Assembly (NCBI GenBank): GCA_030265395.1
Contig: JARFYF010000052.1
Span: 76,237,936-76,301,935, forward strand
DNA from: Rhina ancylostomus
Lineage: Eukaryota
DNA: 64,000 bases
Reading direction: 5' to 3'
This document shows, one piece after another, positions 59,461 through 64,000 of this stretch (the first letter of the stretch is position 1; each line of letters begins with the position of its first letter). The notes beneath the pieces were generated by a model. That model searched no databases. It was not told where the DNA came from and saw nothing but the letters and a program-made list of their open reading frames with translations. A program made the position numbers and the translations under genes.

Positions 59461-60964
59461 TCTTTATTGTTTATTATTCTTTATAATCTCATACATTCCT
59501 CAGTGAAATTAAATCAATGGTTTTCTATTTTTTTCTGGACCCCATTACTTAGTCTTTCTCTAAGCTTATAAATACTATTTTAAGTTGTTCCAAACATGTG
59601 CTACATATTTGTATTTTAAACTATTAATACATATTTTTATGATTAATGACACAAAGGATAAACCCCCTCCAAAAAAAAAGCTAGTTAGTATTGTCTGCCA
59701 AAGGTCCATCCATCATTTAGGTCTTGAATATCCATCATATATTTCCTCCTACCTCAGTGTAAAGTCATTCTAGTACAGCAAAGGAATTTAATTATATGCA
59801 TTTCTATGCATTCTTAAATACTTAGCAATAAGTATGTATCTTCTCCTTTTTAACTCCCCTTATGAAAGCTGGCACTTCCATGTTGTCTTCCTATCAGTGA
59901 CTTTTTTGATATCTCGGTCGAAGGTCAAAACCCACAGTCTTTAATTGCAACAGTGCCCCTTTTCTCTCTTCTTTAACTACCCACCCCAATCCTAAATGAA
60001 AAGCAAGTGGAGGTCAGTAAGTTACTGATAGATTATTGATAGTAGATCTGGAGTTATCTATAGTGATCTTTCTAAAATCTATAAGAATCTTAATAATATC
60101 AGTAGCCCAAAGTCGTTCACAACTCTCAGTATAATCTGATTAGCATTTTCAGCTGTTGTATACAGCCCTATCTTTAGATTTCTCAATCTATGTACTTACA
60201 AAAGAGTTTATCATTACATTTGCTTTTCTAATTGCTTGCTGGAAAGATTGCACAAAAGGTGGTCTAAGAAGAGATCATAAATCTGCCCATGAAATTCAAC
60301 AGACCATCTCCCACCCAGTTCTGAAGGAATGATTATTGTTCTCAAGTTTATTGGTCCACTACATTTAACAATATGCTAATCACTCACTTTTTCTTGCACT
60401 GGTGTGTATTACCTTATACAACACCAGTAAATGCTGTTGTCTAATATTTAGTTGCTTGATCCAGTAAATATCTTCGAACAGAATCACTTTCTACAAAACA
60501 TCTTGATTCAGAACATCATGTAATGCAATATTGTATTTCACTTTCTGTACACGAGCACTTAATAGGTTATGAACAGTGAGAACCTTACAGCAGGCCCGTG
60601 GGGAACTCAACTGCTTTCCATTGCTCGGTTAAACATCCATTAATAACTAGTCACTGTTACTTTCTATTTAAAATTTCATTAACCTAAACATCCATATGCC
60701 ATCAGTTTTGTCTTTCATGTTTATAGTAAGCTGTTTCTAAGGGATCTCAGCAAGTACTTCTTTCCATGACCAATTATCTTTCCTCAAGGGCCATAGTACA
60801 GTTCAGGTTCTTCCAGTTACTTTCCCAAGAGCCATTTCTCCATATCTAAGTCTTCATCCTGAGTAATAAAGGAAAATTACAATGAAGGGAAATGCTGGAG
60901 GCAGCATAGCTGAATTATTCCCTAACCTGAATACCCAGGATCACCGGAGAACAATTGTGTGATC

Positions 60965-63900
60965 TATTGAGCCCTCTCTGCATTGCCTCCAAGGTAAGTA
61001 TATCTTTCGTTAAATGAGGAAATCAAACCTGTGCATCATACCCAGGTGTAATCGGGCCTGTACAGTTGTAGCAAGATTTTTCTAGCTGTATACTTTACCC
61101 TCTTGCAAAAGAGGTCAACATTACATTTGCCTTCCTAATTGCTTGCTAGAAAGACTACAGGAAAGATAATCTTAGAATGGATCTGCAGGGTATTAGAAAT
61201 TCTGTATGAAGGTATGAATTAGGAGCAAGTGTAAGCTACTCTGCCATCAATAAGGTCATGGCTGATCGATTGTAACCTCTACTCCACATTCCCGATTACA
61301 CATAATAACCTTTCACCTTCTTGCCTTCAATCCCTTCCATAAAATTATTCAAAGAGTGCTTCCATCAATACCTTCAATGCGCGACACATTTTTAAAAGTG
61401 ACCTCTAATTCTAGATTCTCCACAGGAAATATTTTCACATAACCCTGCCAAGACCTCTCAGTATCTTATACATTGGAATTAAATCACTTCTAATCTCCAG
61501 CAGATACAAGCCTAACCTGCCCAACCTTTCCTCATAAGACAACCTGCTCATTCCAGATAATGGCCCAGTAAACCACTTAACTGCATCAAATGCATAAATA
61601 TTGTTCCATAAACAAGAAAACCAATACTGGACACAGTAGTCTTAATAATACACTTTATAACTTAAGTATAAACTTGCTACCATTACACTAGCAATGAAAT
61701 TACACAGGACTCAATTTGGTATTGTAGCAGTTAGTGCCTCAGAGACCTGGGTTGGATCGTGACCTTAGGTGCCGTCTTTGTGGAACTTGCAAGTTCTTTC
61801 CGCAACCATGTAGGTTTCTGCCAGGTCCTCTCGTCTCTTCTCACGTCTCAGAGGTACAAATAGGGTTAATTGTTGAATGTAAATTACTCCTTAGTGTAGA
61901 TAAGTGACAAAAGAATCAAGGGGTGTTGATGGGCATGAAAGAGAAAATAAAAGATAGAGGGAAATAAAGTGGGGGAATGGGATTCCTCTGCTGGGAAATG
62001 GAAAACCGGGGCAAGAGTAGGCCATGTGGTTCTTTGCCCCTATTCTGCCATTCAATACAATCACAGCTCTTCATCTATCTCAACATTCAGGGCAAGGAAA
62101 TATTCATACTCTCTTGCCNNNNNNNNNNNNNNNNNNNNNNNNNNNNNNNNNNNNNNNNNNNNNNNNNNNNNNNNNNNNNNNNNNNNNNNNNNNNNNNNNN
62201 NNNNNNNNNNNNNNNNNNCCTGACCCATTGTTCTATGCACCCCAGCCAGGGAAGTATCCTACTTGTCCACCTCCAATCCAGTCTGTCTTGTCCTGTCAAA
62301 ATTTTGGAAGTTTCATATAGGCCCTTTTAATTTTTCTACACAGGTAAATACAAACCAAGTTGACATACTCCTTCTTAATCAGGCTGTTCCACCAACCCAC
62401 AAGTCAGTCTTTGGAGAACCTTTGCTACATTCCCTTTATAGCAAGGATGTTCTTTCTTGGGTAAGGAGACAAACTGCACACAATACTCCAGGTGTGATCT
62501 CACCAAGGTCCTGTATAACGATAGCAAGGCATCATTGCTCCTTTACTTAAATCCTCTTGCTAAGTTGGCCAACACACCATTTGCCATTTTAACTTGCTTG
62601 ATGGACCTGCACTGGTATACAAGGTCACTCAAGTCTTTCTGTTCATCAACATTTCCAAATAATGTCACCTTTCTGTTTTCTTTCCAGGGACTGCATCTGC
62701 CATGCTCCTCCCCCACCCCACATATTCAATGTTGAAATCTCTTTGCATCCTGTTCACAATTCACAATCTCACCCACCTGATATCATTTGAAATATAACAT
62801 CTTGTTCCCTCATCCAAANNNNNNNNNNNNNNNNNNNNNNNNNNNNNNNNNNNNNNNNNNNNNNNNNNNNNNNNNNNNNNNNNNNNNNNNNNNNNNNNNN
62901 NNNNNNNNNNNNNNNNNNNNNNNNNNNNNNNNNNNNNNNNNNNNNNNNNNNNNNNCCTGTCAATGCCCCCCCCCTTACATACACTTTAATTTAACACACC
63001 AACCTATTATGTGGGACTTTATCAAGAGCTACCTGAAAATTCAAGTATTAACACTTCCAGTGGTTCTCTTTTGTATATACTAGTTTCATCCTCAAAAATC
63101 AAGTATATTTATCAACACAATTTTTATTTAAGAATTCTATGTTGACTTTTCTAATTTTCCGTGACCTATAATAACCTTTATCGTAGCCTCTGTAAGAGCC
63201 AGCATGAATCCAATAGGCGGAATGGCCCCTCGTGTTACTCTTCACTTCCCATTAGCCAGCCAGTCTATTCATGCCAGTATGTTATCTGCAACATGAGCTT
63301 TTCCACAATAACCTTATCAAATACCTTCAGGAAATTTAAATATAATATGACCATCCTGTTTATCCATAGCGTGTTACTTCTTAAAGGAGCTCCAATAAAT
63401 TTGTCAAATATAATTTCCCTATGATTTTGCCAAATTACCTTGAATGTTTCAAAATGCCTTGCTATAATATTTTAATAATTGTTTCTAATATTTTCTGTAC
63501 CTCAGGTGTGAAGTGGCTAGTAGTTTCCTGCTTTCTGCCTCCCCTTTTCGAAAAAAAAGTTACATTTGCTATTATCCAATCGAATGGAACCTTCCCTGAA
63601 CCTAAGGAATTTTGAAACATTAAAATCCACATATCAACCATCTCACTAACACTTTTAAGATCCTAGAATGAAATCCATCAGCACTCAACAACCTACAGTT
63701 CCAACATTTTGCTCACTGCCTCTGCCCCAGTGATCGTAATTATCCAAAGTTCAACCCTCTTTTCAATTCCAGCAATTTATGGGATGTAATGTGTATCCTC
63801 TCATTCATCTGCCATTTCATTGTTTTTCATTATTTCCAGATTCATTTCCCATTGGACTAACAGTTTAAGTTATCATTTTTAAGTACAGTATCTATAGAAA

Positions 63901-63990
63901 CATTTACTTTCTGTTTTTGCATTTCTATCCAGCTTTGCCTCATGTTCTTAATTTTTCCTTTAAGTTTTCAGTCATATTTTTGTCATTTTT
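60965..63990 (-). mobile_element. Mosaic of decayed minus-strand CR1 fragments
   Basis: Repeated caaactgcacacaatactccaggtgtg (LEYCVQF on the minus strand), tails at ~61220 and ~62020, and RT-upstream remnants to ~63900. Confidence 0.7.
61715..62000 (+). mobile_element. Diverged HE1-like V-SINE nested in CR1 debris
   Basis: agagacctgggttggatcgtgacct...tgtggaacttgcaagttct...tgtaaattactcc, homologous to the other two V-SINEs. Confidence 0.7.
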
Positions 63991-64000
63991 CATTTTCTGA

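Noticed and set aside
1250-63990. Intact or domesticated retroelement genes, or active hammerhead ribozymes
   Set aside because: All RT fragments carry stops or frameshifts, and every hammerhead-like motif has core or stem mutations.
1-64000. Prokaryotic or viral systems (operons, CRISPR arrays, defence islands, rRNA/tRNA genes)
   Set aside because: The sequence is a spliced vertebrate gene with retroelement-filled introns. There are no regularly spaced repeat-spacer arrays, and tRNA-like segments occur only as SINE heads.
59500-64000. 3' exons of NCAPG, the tail-to-tail neighbour of LCORL in mammals
   Set aside because: No recognisable NCAPG coding sequence; the region is mostly CR1/SINE debris.

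Overview
This is eukaryotic, AT-rich, gapped draft-assembly DNA from a vertebrate. It is most likely a cartilaginous fish (shark or ray), inferred from HE1/V-SINE-like, CR1/HER1-like and Penelope-like repeats. The window holds the central and 3' part of one + strand gene, LCORL; its first exons lie upstream of the window. Four shared coding exons (3630-3709, 8946-9078, 16519-16773, 23185/23188-23281) carry two CtBP-binding motifs and end in a phase-2 donor. That donor is in frame with two alternative downstream exons. One is the terminal Pipsqueak-HTH exon (30956-32006, then about 3 kb of 3'UTR). The other is a ~5.5 kb exon (47358-53058) encoding the PRC2-accessory isoform PALI2, with AT-hooks and a PIP domain. 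The ORF track splits the PALI2 exon into three ORFs, but the two 100-N gaps have 9-nt overlapping flanks, and closing them gives one continuous frame of about 1,830 codons. Introns are filled with decayed retroelements. I found no clearly new biological system. The most interesting unexplained signals are a CpG-rich candidate stop-containing micro-exon just after the isoform branch point, a 15-aa tandem repeat and a Cys-rich segment inside PALI2, and hammerhead-ribozyme-like remnants in Penelope-derived repeats. Comparisons with human proteins and repeat families are from memory, not from database searches.
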